Made by a program: the position numbers and the translations under genes
In this document: one piece after another, positions 28,037-40,923 of the stretch
How the letters are laid out: each line of letters starts with the position of its first letter
How positions within the stretch are numbered: position 1 is the first letter of the stretch
Notes under the pieces: generated by a model
Told to the model about the DNA's origin: nothing
The model's input: the letters and a program-made list of their open reading frames with translations, nothing else
Database searches by the model: none
From: Balamuthia mandrillaris
Taxonomy: Eukaryota
NCBI GenBank assembly: GCA_031835245.2
Contig: JAVKOQ020000005.1
Coordinates: 186,001 to 250,000, forward strand
Direction: 5' to 3'
Length of the DNA: 64,000 nucleotides

Positions 28037-28815
28037 CTAAAGCAATGATCGCGTAGATGGTTAGAGACAAGCTGCTTACCTCACCTTCCCCCTCACGCGT
28101 GGTAAGCACATGATTGAGGTTGTCGTGATAGAGGCTCGCCGGGTGCAGAGGAAGCAGCAGCCACACGTGCTTTAAATACAACGCAGCGTATCTGTGATAA
28201 ATAAAGAAATCACTGTTGGTTGGTGCATCGCAGAAGGAGGGGAGAAGGACGGAGGTACAAAAGTGAACGGTAGGCATGAAAAACAAACAGGAAGGGCGTA
28301 CTGCCAATAGTAGGAGCTCAGTTGAAGGTGACTGTCTTCATTCCACACATGCCGAACATACGTTCTTCTTTGTTGTCGTCTCCGTTCCATGTCATCAAGG
28401 GCGTGTGCTCGTTCTATGAAAGTAACAACAAGAACAACAAGACGCTGAAACCATACGGAATGGAAACTAACAAGGAGGAAGGTATACTGGAGTAATTACT
28501 TCTTTTGCTTCCGGAGAAGGAGGCACGTGCTGCCGTGTCCTCTTCGGAGGAGGAGCCCCCATCCACCTCCACGCCCAACGCTCGGAGCTTCGCTTTCCAT
28601 CGTTTCTTGCTCTCCTTTACTTGCAAAAGGTGTTGCAACAGCTCGTTTCTTTGCCTCTGTAGCCTGCTTTTCGTCTCTGAGCCTGACAGTGAGACTCTGA
28701 ACTTGCTAAAACCACCGCCTAATCCTTCGTTCCACAATAAGAACGTACTGAAGGGCCTCAAGAGAGAGAGAATAAAAAAGAGTTTGAGAAATGATGTACC
28801 GCTGGGCGATGCCAT
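26512..28815 (-). CDS. Hypothetical multi-exon protein with coiled-coil and a region resembling the fungal transcription factor middle homology region
   Basis: RLQRQRNELLQHL...KKRWKAKLRALG coiled-coil, then LYLKHVWLLLPLH...LTIYAIIALG / EFYNRARSIAANLFDSTDYSVAEGLTALAYY...YYLLLARQMC. Exon structure is approximate. Confidence 0.5.
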
Positions 28816-29310
28816 GACGGTGGCTATGGTGTCGTTGTTATTGAAGGAGAAGAAGAAGAGGAAGAAGTACGAAAAGAAGGAGGCATGTTTGGTGGACTGC
28901 GTGTGTGCCTCTTTATCCGCTCTGTGCGGTTCTCTCTCGTTTAGGTGGGTACCTTAAACGGAAACCATGGAAACGAGGTAATTTTGCTTAAATTTCCATA
29001 GAATCCACAGCTATTTCCAGCGTAACTGGTGAATTAATCAATTAAACATCGTGCTGACGTGGTTTTGGAAATTTCGCCTTAAAAAAAGCAAGAAAACAGA
29101 AAGGAAGAGAAAGTTTGCTGTGTTTTCATGGCGCCATGCATGAATGACGACTGTTGGCTCTTCTCTTTTCTTCTTGTTCTTTGTTACTTTTCTTTTTCAG
29201 AACAAGATGCAACTATCGTTTCTCTGAGGTCTTGGCTTACCAGGTTGCTTCTTTGCATAGGAAAAAAAAAGGCATTAACAGGCGCACCAACAAGAAAGAA
29301 GGGAGAGCGA

Positions 29311-29346
<36 letters not shown>

Positions 29347-29397
29347 ACAAAAATTTTAGGTACAGTCAAACATTATCATCTTCCTCATATACTCATT

Positions 29398-32152
29398 TCA
29401 AATGGATGAACCATTTTCTCTCTCCCCTCTGTTCTCCTTCTTTGTCTTCTTGCGCTTGGAAAACAATGAAAACTTTGACTTTTTGGTCTTTACCTTGGAT
29501 GCGGAGCCGCCCACGACACCGCTCGTTTGAGTCGAGGAAGAGCCCCCGCCTCCGTTGGAAGATTTGTCTTTGCCGCTTGAGGGCGCTCCTGTGAGGGAGG
29601 CCGGGCGGTTGCGGCGAAGACTTTGAGCGGATTTCCGAGGAAGGTTCAGCTTGTCCCCTATCACATTCAAAATCGTTACATAGCAAAATTGATACTATGT
29701 GTGTTTGTTTTTTGTTTGTGAGGGTGAAAAATATTGTGGTTAAAGCTATTGCAATAGAAAGAAGAAAGCCAAGACTAGAAAGCAATGACAAGAAAGAAAC
29801 GAAAAGAAAAAGGAGTGGGGATGCAAACCTGAGATAGTTGTTGGATCATCATCATTCGCTGGCTGCGCAAATGATACAACAAACGAACCAAGTCAAAGGA
29901 GGGAGGGTCGCTGTGGCCCTGCTTCTCACTGGCTTCCAAAAGGTCCAAGATAGTATGTATAACTATGAACGTTCCTGTTCTTCCCACACCAGCACTTTAT
30001 GGCAAAGAGGAGAAAGAAGACGACAAACAAGAAGGAAAAAAAGAACAAAATTTGGTAAGAGACAGATGCAAAGGCAGAAGCAACAAAAACAAAAACCTCG
30101 TACCTGCAATGAGTTATTAGAGGAGGTGGTCTTCGTTTGGGATGCTTCGCCTTATATTCGTCATACTGCTGGTTGATGAGATGGATTATATGCTCTAAAG
30201 GTTTTGAAGTTTCGGGAACACCGTGGTCCGGCCATGCCAAGTAATGGTATTGTGTTACTTCTCGCTCTTCTCCATCCTATTTTCATTTCAAGAATTGCAG
30301 TTAGCATATCCTTTTGTTTGTTGCTTGTTATTTGTTTATCTGTTGTTTGTTGTGATTTTCTTTCCTTTTAAGTTTTGGTTTGTTGTTATGTGTACCTTAG
30401 AAAGAAGCATGGTCCGAACAATAAAAGATTCCTCTTTGTACGTTTTCTCCGATAGAAGCTTTATCTTTAAAGATCCTATGTTGTTCTCCTGTCCTTCCTT
30501 CTGAGGCCAATACACGTCGCTCTTCGCCTAAAAGGAAAAATAAAAAAAGAACAAAACAAAAAATGAAAGCAACAGGTTGGTGAATAAAGGGAGATAAGTG
30601 ACTGAACGGAATTTACGGTACCCTTCCTCCTTCGTTGCAACGTGTTATCATAGCGATGATAAAAGCCTTGTGCTCCCAAATCATTCGGTACCATGCCTCC
30701 ATTGTGTGTGTCAATGGTGCCGAAGCCGCTATGTAGGAAAGCTCCCGTTGTGTGTCGGGAATCACCGACGAAGTCTGTTCATCATTAGATATTAGCTTTT
30801 GTTAGGTCTCTCGTTTGCTTCTCGGAGCTTTCGGCTGAAACGCTCGCTTGTTCTCTTTTGTCTCCTGTTCCTTCCTTGGCCTTCTCTCCTTTTCTCTTAC
30901 CATGTTTCTGTCTGTTCATCTTGCGCGTTTTTCTCTCTCTCTCTCTCTCTCCTCTCTCCATCCATTTCGTGATAATTGTTGCGTACATTTACATAACTGG
31001 CATTGATATAATCAGATCCCACCACGCCTGGAACGGGCTTCAACAGCACTCTTGTTCGATCAACTGCGAAGAGTCAACAGCATATAAGAGAGAGAGAGAG
31101 AGAAGAGAGGGGGGGAAAGAGAAGTGATTGAGGTAATACAAACACGGTAGAATATTTCCATATCTGTTCTTTGCCCTGTTTTCTTCCTTTAGACTCTCGC
31201 TGAGGTCTTCTTCACCTGTTATAAACTCAATGTCTTCCACCTCCTTATTTTCCAAAACCAAAGCACACCGTTACTTTCGAAAACGAGAGCCACCAAACAA
31301 ATAACAAAAAACCAAACGAAAAACAATGAAGGAAAAACACTCGTGATAGAAAGCAAACAGGAAAGACAAAAGCAAAAAAAGAAAAAAAAAAAGAGAAAGA
31401 AACGACAAGAAATGGGAAACAAAAAACAAGAAAGGGTAACGCACGGTATATTCGTCCACGGGTGCCTCTTCCTTGAGCCTGCTCAACAGCTCGTCATAGA
31501 GCTCTTGCCACGTGTCTCCAGAGATGACCGACGAGGGTATCATCTTCCTCTCAGGGTTGTGCACCATCTTGCCCAGGTCGTCTAGTCGCTCATATCGCTC
31601 CACGTCCTCCTCGTCATCCCCATCACCACCGTCGCCGCCGCCTCCTCCTCGGTCAACCTTTTCTTTTCCTGTTTTGCTTTTGTTTTGGTGGCGGTGTTCT
31701 TCCTCCTCTTCCTCGGTCTTGATTACAATCTCGTCGTCCCAGGCGTTGTTGGTGTGCTCGCCGTCGCTCATCACAACCACCCGTCCCATCAATTCCTCCC
31801 CAAAGTCAAACGAAGAGGAACTTCTCTCTTTTGTTGTTCCGCCTGCCGCTACACCATCCACCGAACTGCTGAGGTTTTGTGAGGCAGCGAGAGAAGAGGA
31901 GGAAGGAAAAGCGGGAGAGGTAGGAGAGGAAGAAGAGAATAAAAGAGGAGAAGCCGAAGAAAGACAGGGAGAAGGAGCGCAGCTGGCGCTCTGCTTGCTC
32001 TTGCCGCCACCGTCTTTCTTTTTCTTCGCCTTTCTTTTCTCTTTCTTGGCTTTGTGATCCGCCGCCTTGCCTAACGTCGGTTTGGCCCGGTCGACCTGTC
32101 CAGCCGCCTCGCTGGCCTCCTCCACACTTCCCACCGCTTCTTCGTCGCTCAT
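29398..32152 (-). CDS. Classical protein tyrosine phosphatase (multi-exon)
   Basis: KNRYGNILP, YHYLAWPDHGVP, HC/SAGVGRTG split by an intron, LRSQRMMMIQQLSQ/YQFCY. Confidence 0.95.
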
Positions 32153-32578
32153 TTCCGTCTGTCCCAAACCAAATACAAAAAATTATTGTTTTTTTTTTCC
32201 AAATTTTTTTCTGTCTCCCTTCCTTCCCCTCTTCCTCTTCTTCTTCTTCTTCTTCCTCTGCTTCTTCTTCTTCCTTGTGGTGCGTTATTATTTTTCTTTC
32301 TTCCTATTTGCCCTTTTTTTTTTTTTGGTGTGCCCCCTCGCCCCTCCTATTATTCCTTCTCTCTCTCGTCTTTCCCTTCTCGTCTCTCTTGTTTTTTTTT
32401 TTGGGGGGGTAAATTAACCCAAAGTGGTTTATTTTTGCCTTGATTTGGGTAGGGTTACCTATTTTTTTGGTGTGTTTCAAATTGCGGTCGTCGGTTCGAC
32501 TCACAGCAACGACACAACGGGGCCGAACCGAATGACGCCGGTTCGACTCTTGCCAAACGCATTTTACGGGTTTCTCCT

Positions 32579-33950
32579 TCACGTGCTCTCCGTGAAAGAC
32601 TCTTGGCCTCTTGGGCGATGGCTTGGCCTGGGCGTTGGAGGTTTGTTAGGTTGAGTGGCATGAGGAAAGCCCTTTGGAAGGGCTGGTGTCTCCGCTGGGG
32701 AGGAAGGACGCCACCAGAAGTTGACGTTGATGTTGACCTCCGCCAAACAAACGACGAAATGGTACCAACAGTAGGGAATGAAGAGCAGCTCTCCTTCCTC
32801 CAGAACGACCTGCATGCCCGCTCGAAGAGCCTTCTCGAAGAAGAGAGGGTGTTTGCTTCTGTCCGGTTGGTGGACGTTCACTTGGCTAAAGTTTTGCAAC
32901 ATCCCATAGGCGGCAGGCAGTGGGTATAGATTTTCGTATTGGGATGGAGGGAACAAGACAAACCGTTTTCTGCCCTATTTTGCAGAAAGACTTATCTGTT
33001 AGCTCCTTTCTAAGCCGCTGGAGAAGGAAATGGAGAGGAAGCTGTAAAGCAGACCTTGATTTGAGCATTCAAGTTGTGACATTTGTTGCGATCATAATGC
33101 ATGTGAGCAGTGGTGCCCTTTCTCCCCAGCCAAAAGCCACATGTGAGGAAGGTGGCGGGATCGATGAAAGAGGGCAGCTTCACGTCCCTCCATAGTCGGC
33201 TGAACATTGGTACAACCGCACCGTTGTGATAGAGATGGGCAGCATCTCCAGAAAGATACATGTATGGCTTGGGAGAAGAGTTGCTAAAGGCAGTTGATTT
33301 GCTGTCATTGCAGTTCTCATGAGAAGAGGATGATGACGAAGAGGAGGAAGCGGAAGAAGAAGAAGAAGAAGAAGAAGAAGAAGAAGAAGAAGAAGAAGAA
33401 GAAGACGAAGACGAAGACGAAGACGAAGACGAAGAAGAAGAACAAGAAGACGAACAAGAAGAAGTATGTTGCATGGCTGTTTGTACATAGAGTGAAAAGG
33501 CATTTGGGTGACAGGGTTTTGCTTGAACTCATCGCCGGTATCGAAGCTATAGTCTGGAAATATGGGAGAGGAAGAAAAGGAAACAGGCACGACTTCACCA
33601 TCAGGCACACTCTCTTGGAGGTATCCTGGATTGACCCAACGCTTCAAAATAAATAAATATATATATCGTTTGGTGAAACAAAAAGAAAGTAAGAAATAAA
33701 GCAAGAAAGAAACGACAAGAAAAGAAAAGAGAAAGAAAAGAGAAAGAAGAGAAAAGAAAGCGGAAAAGAATGACAGTTCACATACGTGCAAGGCAGGCCA
33801 ATGGTCGATGCTGCCAGTGATGACAACAGGCACGTTGGGCAGCAGGTACCGTTGCCTAAACTCTTCCAGGGAGGGACTGGCCACGCGCGGAATCGCTGGC
33901 AACTGGTCCAGGTCCACCCATTCCGTTTCCGTGTCGGCTCTTTGCATCAT
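32579..33950 (-). CDS. JmjC-domain 2-oxoglutarate oxygenase (cupin_8; JMJD5/FIH/HSPBAP1-like)
   Basis: PVVITGSIDHWPAL, FWLG..GTTAHMHYD...NLNAQI, LFPPSQYENLYP, LEEGELLFIPYCWYHFV, NINVNFWW. Confidence 0.93.
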
Positions 33951-34152
33951 CTCTTTCTTTTTGCCACAAGTTCAGTTTATTACTATGAAAGAAAAAAAAC
34001 GTGCTGCTTGCGGCAGGAGTCGAACCGAAGAAATATTTATGAATTCATGTCGTCATTGATGCTTGTCGACAATAAATTCCAAAAAAAAAAAAGGAAGGAA
34101 GGAGGACAACACACACAACGACTCACAAGTCGTGCCTTTGCGTAACGTTTGG

Positions 34153-37100
34153 ATGAAGCGTGTATCCGTACTCTCTGGCTCCCTGCGTGGTTCCACAGGA
34201 GGAAACCTTTCTCGTGGAACAGCTTTGCTATGTAGAAATCGAGTTTTCCACTCTTCCACCGTTTGTCCTCCTTTCAAAATCGCGCTCTCTTTCTCTCAAC
34301 TCTTCTCCATTTTTTTTTCTCCCTTATGTACTTCATCTCAAACGTTCACTTTTATTAGTCGCTGAGGAAAGACGAGGGAGAGAGCCCCTTGGAAACGGAA
34401 TGGAACCAGCTGGCCGTCAGCGAGATCGGCAAACGGGAGGACATCAAGCCCTTCCTGGATCAAGGCCAAACTCCCATGCAGGTCCTCTCCTGGAAGACAG
34501 CGGAGGGGATCCTCCAAAAACCCCTCTACCTCTCCTCCGACATCAGCTTCCTGCCCAAAGGGGAAGAGGAGGAGCTGCCTGGCAAGTTCCCCTACACCCG
34601 TGGCCCTTACTCCACCATGTATGCCAACCGCCCTTGGACCGTCCGTCAGTACGCGGGCTTCTCCACGGCGGAGGAGTCCAACCGCTTCTACCGCAACAAC
34701 CTGGCGGCCGGGCAGACCGGGCTCAGCGTGGCGTTTGACCTGGCTACTCACCGCGGCTACGACTCGGACCACCCGAGGGTACCCGGCGACGTGGGCATGG
34801 CCGGCGTGGCGGTGGACAGCGTGGAGGACATGAAGATCCTGTTCGACTCCATCCCGCTGGACAAGGTCTCGGTCTCCATGACCATGAATGGGGCGGTCCT
34901 ACCGGTCTTGGCCATGTATGTTGTTGCTGCGGAGGAGCAAGGCGTTGCTCAAGCTAAGCTTTCCGGTACAATCCAGAATGATATCCTCAAGGAGTTTATG
35001 GTTCGGTAAGTACATTTGTTCTCTTGTTGTTCTTTTTCTTTGTCGGTTTATTACCATTCTAAGTCTCTCTCTCTATCTTTTACTCTGCTCTAATCTTTCC
35101 CATTGCTTCCTTGGATAGCAACACATTTATCTACCCTCCAAAACCATCCATGCGCATCGTGGGCGACATCATGGGCTACACTTCCAAGAACATGCCTCGC
35201 TATAACTCAATCAGTATCAGCGGTTACCACATGCAGGAAGCCGGTGCTGATGCTGCCCTGGAGCTTGCCTTTACTATTGCGGATGGATTGGAGTACGTGC
35301 GAGAGGGCATGAAGCAAGGAGTGGGCGTGGATTCCTTGGCTCCTCGCTTTTCCTTCTTCTTTGGCATCGGCATGAACTTCTACACCGAAATCGCCAAACT
35401 GAGAGCGGCGCGACGACTGTGGGCACAGCTGGTTAAGGAGAAGTTTTCTCCGAAGTCTGAAAAGTCGCTCCTCCTTCGTACTCATTGTCAGACTTCTGGA
35501 TGGTCTCTCACAGAGCAAGACCCTTATAATAACGTCATCCGAACGACTGTGGAAGCCATGGCTGCAGTGTTAGGAGGTTTGATACGCGATCTTAATGTTT
35601 GCTACATCGCTATGATAAGAGTTTGCTGATGGAAGATCCTCCAACATAGGAACCCAAAGTCTGCATACAAATGCGTTGGACGAAGCTGTAGGATTGCCCA
35701 CGGAGTTCAGCGCTAGGATAGCTCGTAACACGCAGCTCATTTTGCAAGAGGAGACCGGTATTCCTCGCGTTATTGATCCTTGGGGAGGTAAACATCTCTT
35801 CCTCTCGTTTCTCTCCTCTGCTTCTCTCTCTTCCTCTCTTCCTCTATCTATCTGCTTCTCTTCGCTTCCTTAACGCCTTTTTTTCAATGCTATCCAGGAT
35901 CTTATATGATGGAGGCACTAACTAATGAAATCGCCAACAAGGCCTTACAAATTATCAACGAAATGGAGGAAATGGGAGGTATGGCGGCTGCCATTGAGAA
36001 AGGTATTCCTAAACTGAGAATAGAAGAATCCGCGGCAAGGAAACAAGCACGGTTCGTTGTTCTCTCCTCTCTTACCCCTTTTTTCTTTCTATATTTGCAA
36101 TAACGTATTGCAACAACAAATACAGTATCGACTCTGGTGAGGAAGTGATTATTGGCGTCAACAAACACAGAGTGGAGTCCGCTTCGGATGAAGACAAAAT
36201 AGACGTATTGTCCATCGACAACGCTGCTGTGCGGGAAAGTCAAATTAAGCGGCTACAACGCGTTCGGGCCAACCGAGACAACAACAAAGCGCAGGAAGCC
36301 CTTGCTGCTCTTACGAGAGCTGCGAAGGACCCAAAGGAAGGCAACCTGCTCGACCTCAGCATCAAGGCCGCTCGTGCTCGATGCACCGTTGGAGAAATCA
36401 GCAAGGTATTATAATGAGCTTGCTTTCCTCTTAGTCCCCTTTCTTTGCTCTCTCTGTATCGCTAAACAAACCGTATCTTCTACTCCTGCTCGCTAGGCTC
36501 TGGAGGACGTTTATGGCCGCTTCCAGCTGAAGGACACGATGGTAAGCGGAACTTATGCCGCCAATTTCACTCAGAAGGAAAGGATAGAAAAGATATCAAA
36601 GCTGGTGAAAGAGTTTGCCGAGAAAGAAGGGCGAAATCCTCGTATCCTCGTGGCAAAGATGGGGCAGGATGGACATGATAGAGGAGCCAAGGTCATTGCC
36701 ACCGGCTTTGCTGATCTGGTACGTTTTTATCTCTCTTTTTTTAAGTTTGAGTCAAAAGGTTTGACTGAGAACCTAAACTCAAATACAAAACAAAAAAACA
36801 GGGTTTTGATGTGGATATAGGCCCTCTCTTCCAAACTCCATCCGAAGTTGCTCACCAAGCAACTGATGCTGACGTCCATGTGGTACTTTGTCCTTTTCTT
36901 CTCTTCTCCTTCTCTGTCCTCCTTGTCTGCCTTCCTTCTCATCTCTCCTCCTCATCTTCTTATTCCCCTTTTTCTTTTCTCATCCAAAAAAAAGGTTGGA
37001 GTGAGCACACAAGCTGCTGGTCACAAGACGCTCATTCCAGAGCTGGTAGCCGAGCTGAAGAAGCAAGGAGCTGAACATATCGTGGTTGTATGCGGAGGCG

Positions 37101-37342
37101 TAATACCACCCGGCGATTATGACTTTTTGTACCAACACGGCGTTACTGCTATCTTTGGACCAGGTAAAAGCTTTCTTTTTTTTTCTTTCTGCTGTTTCAT
37201 TTTCTTTTGTTTGTGTGTTTGTGTTTGTTTTTGTTGTTTTTGTTTTTGGCTAACGCACACAAAAGGTACACGAGTTGTTGATGCAGCGGAGGGTGTATTG
37301 CAAGCCATTAACAAGAAGAATGCTGAAAAATCCACGGCCTGA
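34153..37342 (+). CDS. MMUT: Mitochondrial methylmalonyl-CoA mutase (adenosylcobalamin-dependent)
   Basis: [76 protein letters not shown], and the B12-binding [26 protein letters not shown]. The N-terminus looks like a mitochondrial presequence. Confidence 0.98.
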
Positions 37343-37438
37343 ACAAAAGGAAGGCAGAAGTATGAGGTTATGCTGTACTCCTATGTGGCTCAAATAAATA
37401 AACCAAACACATACAGAGTCTTGATTAACGATCCAGTA

Positions 37439-37472
<34 letters not shown>

Positions 37473-37968
37473 GTTGTTTCTCTTTCTTTGTTCTTCGTTC
37501 CTCTCGCGATCGTCTCTTCCTCTCAAAAGCTTGTTGTTCAACGGCACTTGCGCCCTCCTCAGGAGAGAACCAGGATGCACGTGCAATCCTAAACTCGGGT
37601 GCAATGGACACAACGAGCTCCTCGCACGCACGCAAACTTGGTTCTTCTTTCCTTCCTTCCCTCCTAAGGGGCCCTTATTTGTTTTCTGCAAGGATGGATG
37701 CTCATCGGGCACGACGGCAGTTCGCCATCTCCTCGTTGGATGCCTCGTTGGAATCCTCTCGACAAACGGTTTTTTTCCCAGCTGCTCTTCAAAGCAACGC
37801 TGTGCGTGCGGCGCGCCTCCTCAGCGGATTGTAATGCCATTTATTTGTTTGCCACTAAAAAATTGGTGAAAAATCAATTAAAAATAATATAGAAAAAAAC
37901 AATCATTATCTATAGAGCGAACAGAAAAGAAAGAGGAAACAAACAGCAAACAAACAAACGGCACGGTA

Positions 37969-39518
37969 ATGGCAACAACAACAACAACAGACGGTGGGCA
38001 GTATGGTGGGGCAGAGGAAGGAGAGGAGGTATGGGCCTACGCTCTCTACTCCAACGAGCCTCAATTTGAGGGCGAGCTCAGGTTCCAAGGTTTGTTTGCA
38101 TTTGTTACCCCCCTTTCTCTCTCCTCCTTTTTTTTTCTTCTTCTGCTTCGTCAACTTGCATTCTGATGAAGATGATTTTGTATGCCTCAAAAACACAAAT
38201 CAATCTTGACAAAAAAAAAAAAAACAAACAAACAAACACACCACACCAAAAAGAGGGAGATATGATCATGATTTTAGAAGATGCAGAAACGGAAGATGGA
38301 TGGTGTTATGGTGTGTTGGAAGATGGGACGGAGGGCCATTTTCCACGAAACGTGGTGGAGGTCATCCCTCCTGACGAGGACAGCTACTACTGGGATGAGT
38401 ATGGGGGCTATTGGGGGGAGGAGGAAGAGGATGCTGGCGAACACAACGATCAGGCCTCTAAGGAGGAGGAAGAGCGGCTGAAACACACCATCTCTGCCAT
38501 GAGCCAGCTTCTACAAGGTACCTAAATCTTTTTGAAAGAGAAGGCCAGAGAGGAGAGAGCAGAGAGCAGACGAGAGAGAATAGACGAGATAAGTGAGAAA
38601 CGAGGCACTGACATCAATGAACGAACAGAGAGCAGAGGGAGCGTCTACAGACCAGCAGAGATGCTCAAAAGAGAACGGACAGAGTCAGTGGAACACAAGA
38701 AAGTAAAACAGGAACACCAGAGAGATCGAGAGCACTGGACGGCATTGCTTGGAGAGGAAGATTATGATAGCTTGGAAGAGGCCTTCTTCATCTACGCCAA
38801 ACAAGGACTTCTTCCACAGGACAAAGTCGGTCTCATCATGAGAGGTCTGGGCACTTATCCCTCCGAGAAAGAAGTACGCAGAAGAATTCAACATGCCCTC
38901 AACCACCACCACAAGTCTTCTTCACAACAGTTGGACTATGCGTTGTATCTTTCTGTCGTGGGCAACAAGTTATTGGAAAAGAGAAAAGGAAGAAAGAACG
39001 CAGCGGCAGCAATGGCGGCCTCGAAGGAGGAGCCACCGCCACCGCCAGCAAAGAAAGAGGAAGGAGAGTATGATGGAGAGGAGATCAGCACGTTGCTGCG
39101 CGCCTTTGTGGCATTGGACGGCGAGGGCAAAGGCGTCATTAAGACGGAAGACCTCTGCGCCATCCTCATGTCTGAAGGAGAAGCTCTCTCTGCAGAGGAG
39201 ATGAAGCTGGCACGAAAGGAGTTGGACCCGCACAACACCGGCTTTGTGGACTACAAACAGTTCTTGTTCGGAGCGGCAGGAGGCGTTGGAGGAGGTCTCG
39301 GGGCGTTGAACAGCGATGGAGCGGCCGTCCAAGTGGTGGATTCGGCGGTAACGGTGGTCTCTTCTGCGAGGTCGCCCAGGCAGCTCGTAAAGTCCAGAGA
39401 GATATCGTTCTACGGCAAAGATGGAAAGAAGTTGGAAAAGAAGGTGAGAAGGAGGACCAAGCGAGGTGACCGGAAGCGAGGCAAGAAACAGGGTGATCTA
39501 AAGATTGAAAGAAAGTAA
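37969..39518 (+). CDS. SH3 domain plus calmodulin/myosin light chain-like EF-hand protein (3 exons)
   Basis: AYALYSNEPQFEGELRFQ / EGDMIMILED..DGWCYGV...EGHFPRNVVE (SH3), then LEEAFFIY...IMRGLGTYPSEKEV and LLRAFVALDGEGKGVI..DL..ILMSEGEALS.EE...DPHNTGFVDYKQF. Confidence 0.85.
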
Positions 39519-39588
39519 AAAACAACAAGTATCCATTCTTTTCCTTTCGTTCATTTTTAACGCATAACTAGCTGAGGAAAGCAATACA

Positions 39589-40276
39589 TTAGCACTCAGG
39601 AAGAGCGACATGGACGGCAAGCCCGCCTTCGCTGGTTTCCTTGTACTTGGCCATCATGTCACGGCCTGTGTTTCGCATCGTTGCAATGGCGCTGTCCAAA
39701 GAGACAACGTGCTTTCCGTCTCCACTCAGCGCCAAACGTGCTGCTGCCACTGCTTTAGCCGATCCCATTGCATTTCGTTCAATACCTACAACACATATCG
39801 TTAATGGCGAGAGGAATGCAGAGAGAGAGAGAGAGTACGCACAAGGAATTTGCACTAAGCCAGCAATAGGATCACAAGTAAGTCCCAAGTTATGCTCCAG
39901 CCCAATCTCGGCTGCATTTTCAACTTGCTCTACAGTGCCTCCCATGACGGCAGCAAGACCAGCAGCCGCCATGGAACAGGCAACGCCGACCTCTCCCTGA
40001 CAACCAACCTCCGCTGCCGAGATAGAAGCACCTCGCTTGATGAGTTGGCCAACAGCGGAGGCTGTTAGAAGAAAGTCCACGATGCCATCTTCATTGGTGC
40101 CATCTACGAACTTGGTGTAGTACTTTAACACGGCAGGAATGATGCCTGCTGCTCCGTTTGTTGGGGCTGTTACCACTCGTCCTCCTGCGGCGTTCTCTTC
40201 GTTTACAGCTGTTGTTTTTGTTATTAAACAGTTCATGCTTTGATGAAGAGAGAAGTAAAGAGAGAGGAGCAACAAG

Positions 40277-40312
<36 letters not shown>

Positions 40313-40878
40313 AGAAAGAGCACAAACCAATTGCAAAGCAAGAAAGCCAATCCAGCTTTTGGTCACGAGAATCCCTCGTGATGTTACCATTCGGTCTTTC
40401 TCCATTGTGTATCTTCTTCTCGTTGGCCACCAGCTTTTGGTAGAGAGCAGGTGCCCTTCGCTTGGCTCGAATGCTGCCAGGTAGATGAGTCTCTTGGGAG
40501 GTGCATCCACGAAGAATGCAGTTGTCCATGACCTTCCAGATCTTCAGAACCTCCGCCTTGACCTTCTCTTTGGAGCGCCACACGCATTCGTTGGCCATCA
40601 CTACCTCTGCTATAGAGGCTTTGTTGGCAGCACAAATATCTAAAAGGTCCTTACCTACGTTATTTTGAGAGGTTGAGTGAAACAATAAAAAAGCCGTTAT
40701 AGCAGCAACATCAGGAAGAAAAACAAGGAGAGGAGAGTAAAGTATTACATGTGCGAAAGGGGAAAATAGGTTGATATGGCTGCACCGAAACATTTTCTGC
40801 CTCTTCGGTGTTGCGGGCTTCCTTCCATGTCTCAACACCAGGGCCATGCTCTTCAATAATAAGGGTCAGAAACGCCGA

Positions 40879-40923
<45 letters not shown>

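Noticed and set aside
33305..33487. Apparent frameshift or poly-Ser tract inside the JmjC gene
   Set aside because: Explained by a phase-2 intron (GTACAA...GACAG on the minus strand) containing the repeat. Splicing restores MPFHSIKSTAFSNSSPKPYMYL in frame.
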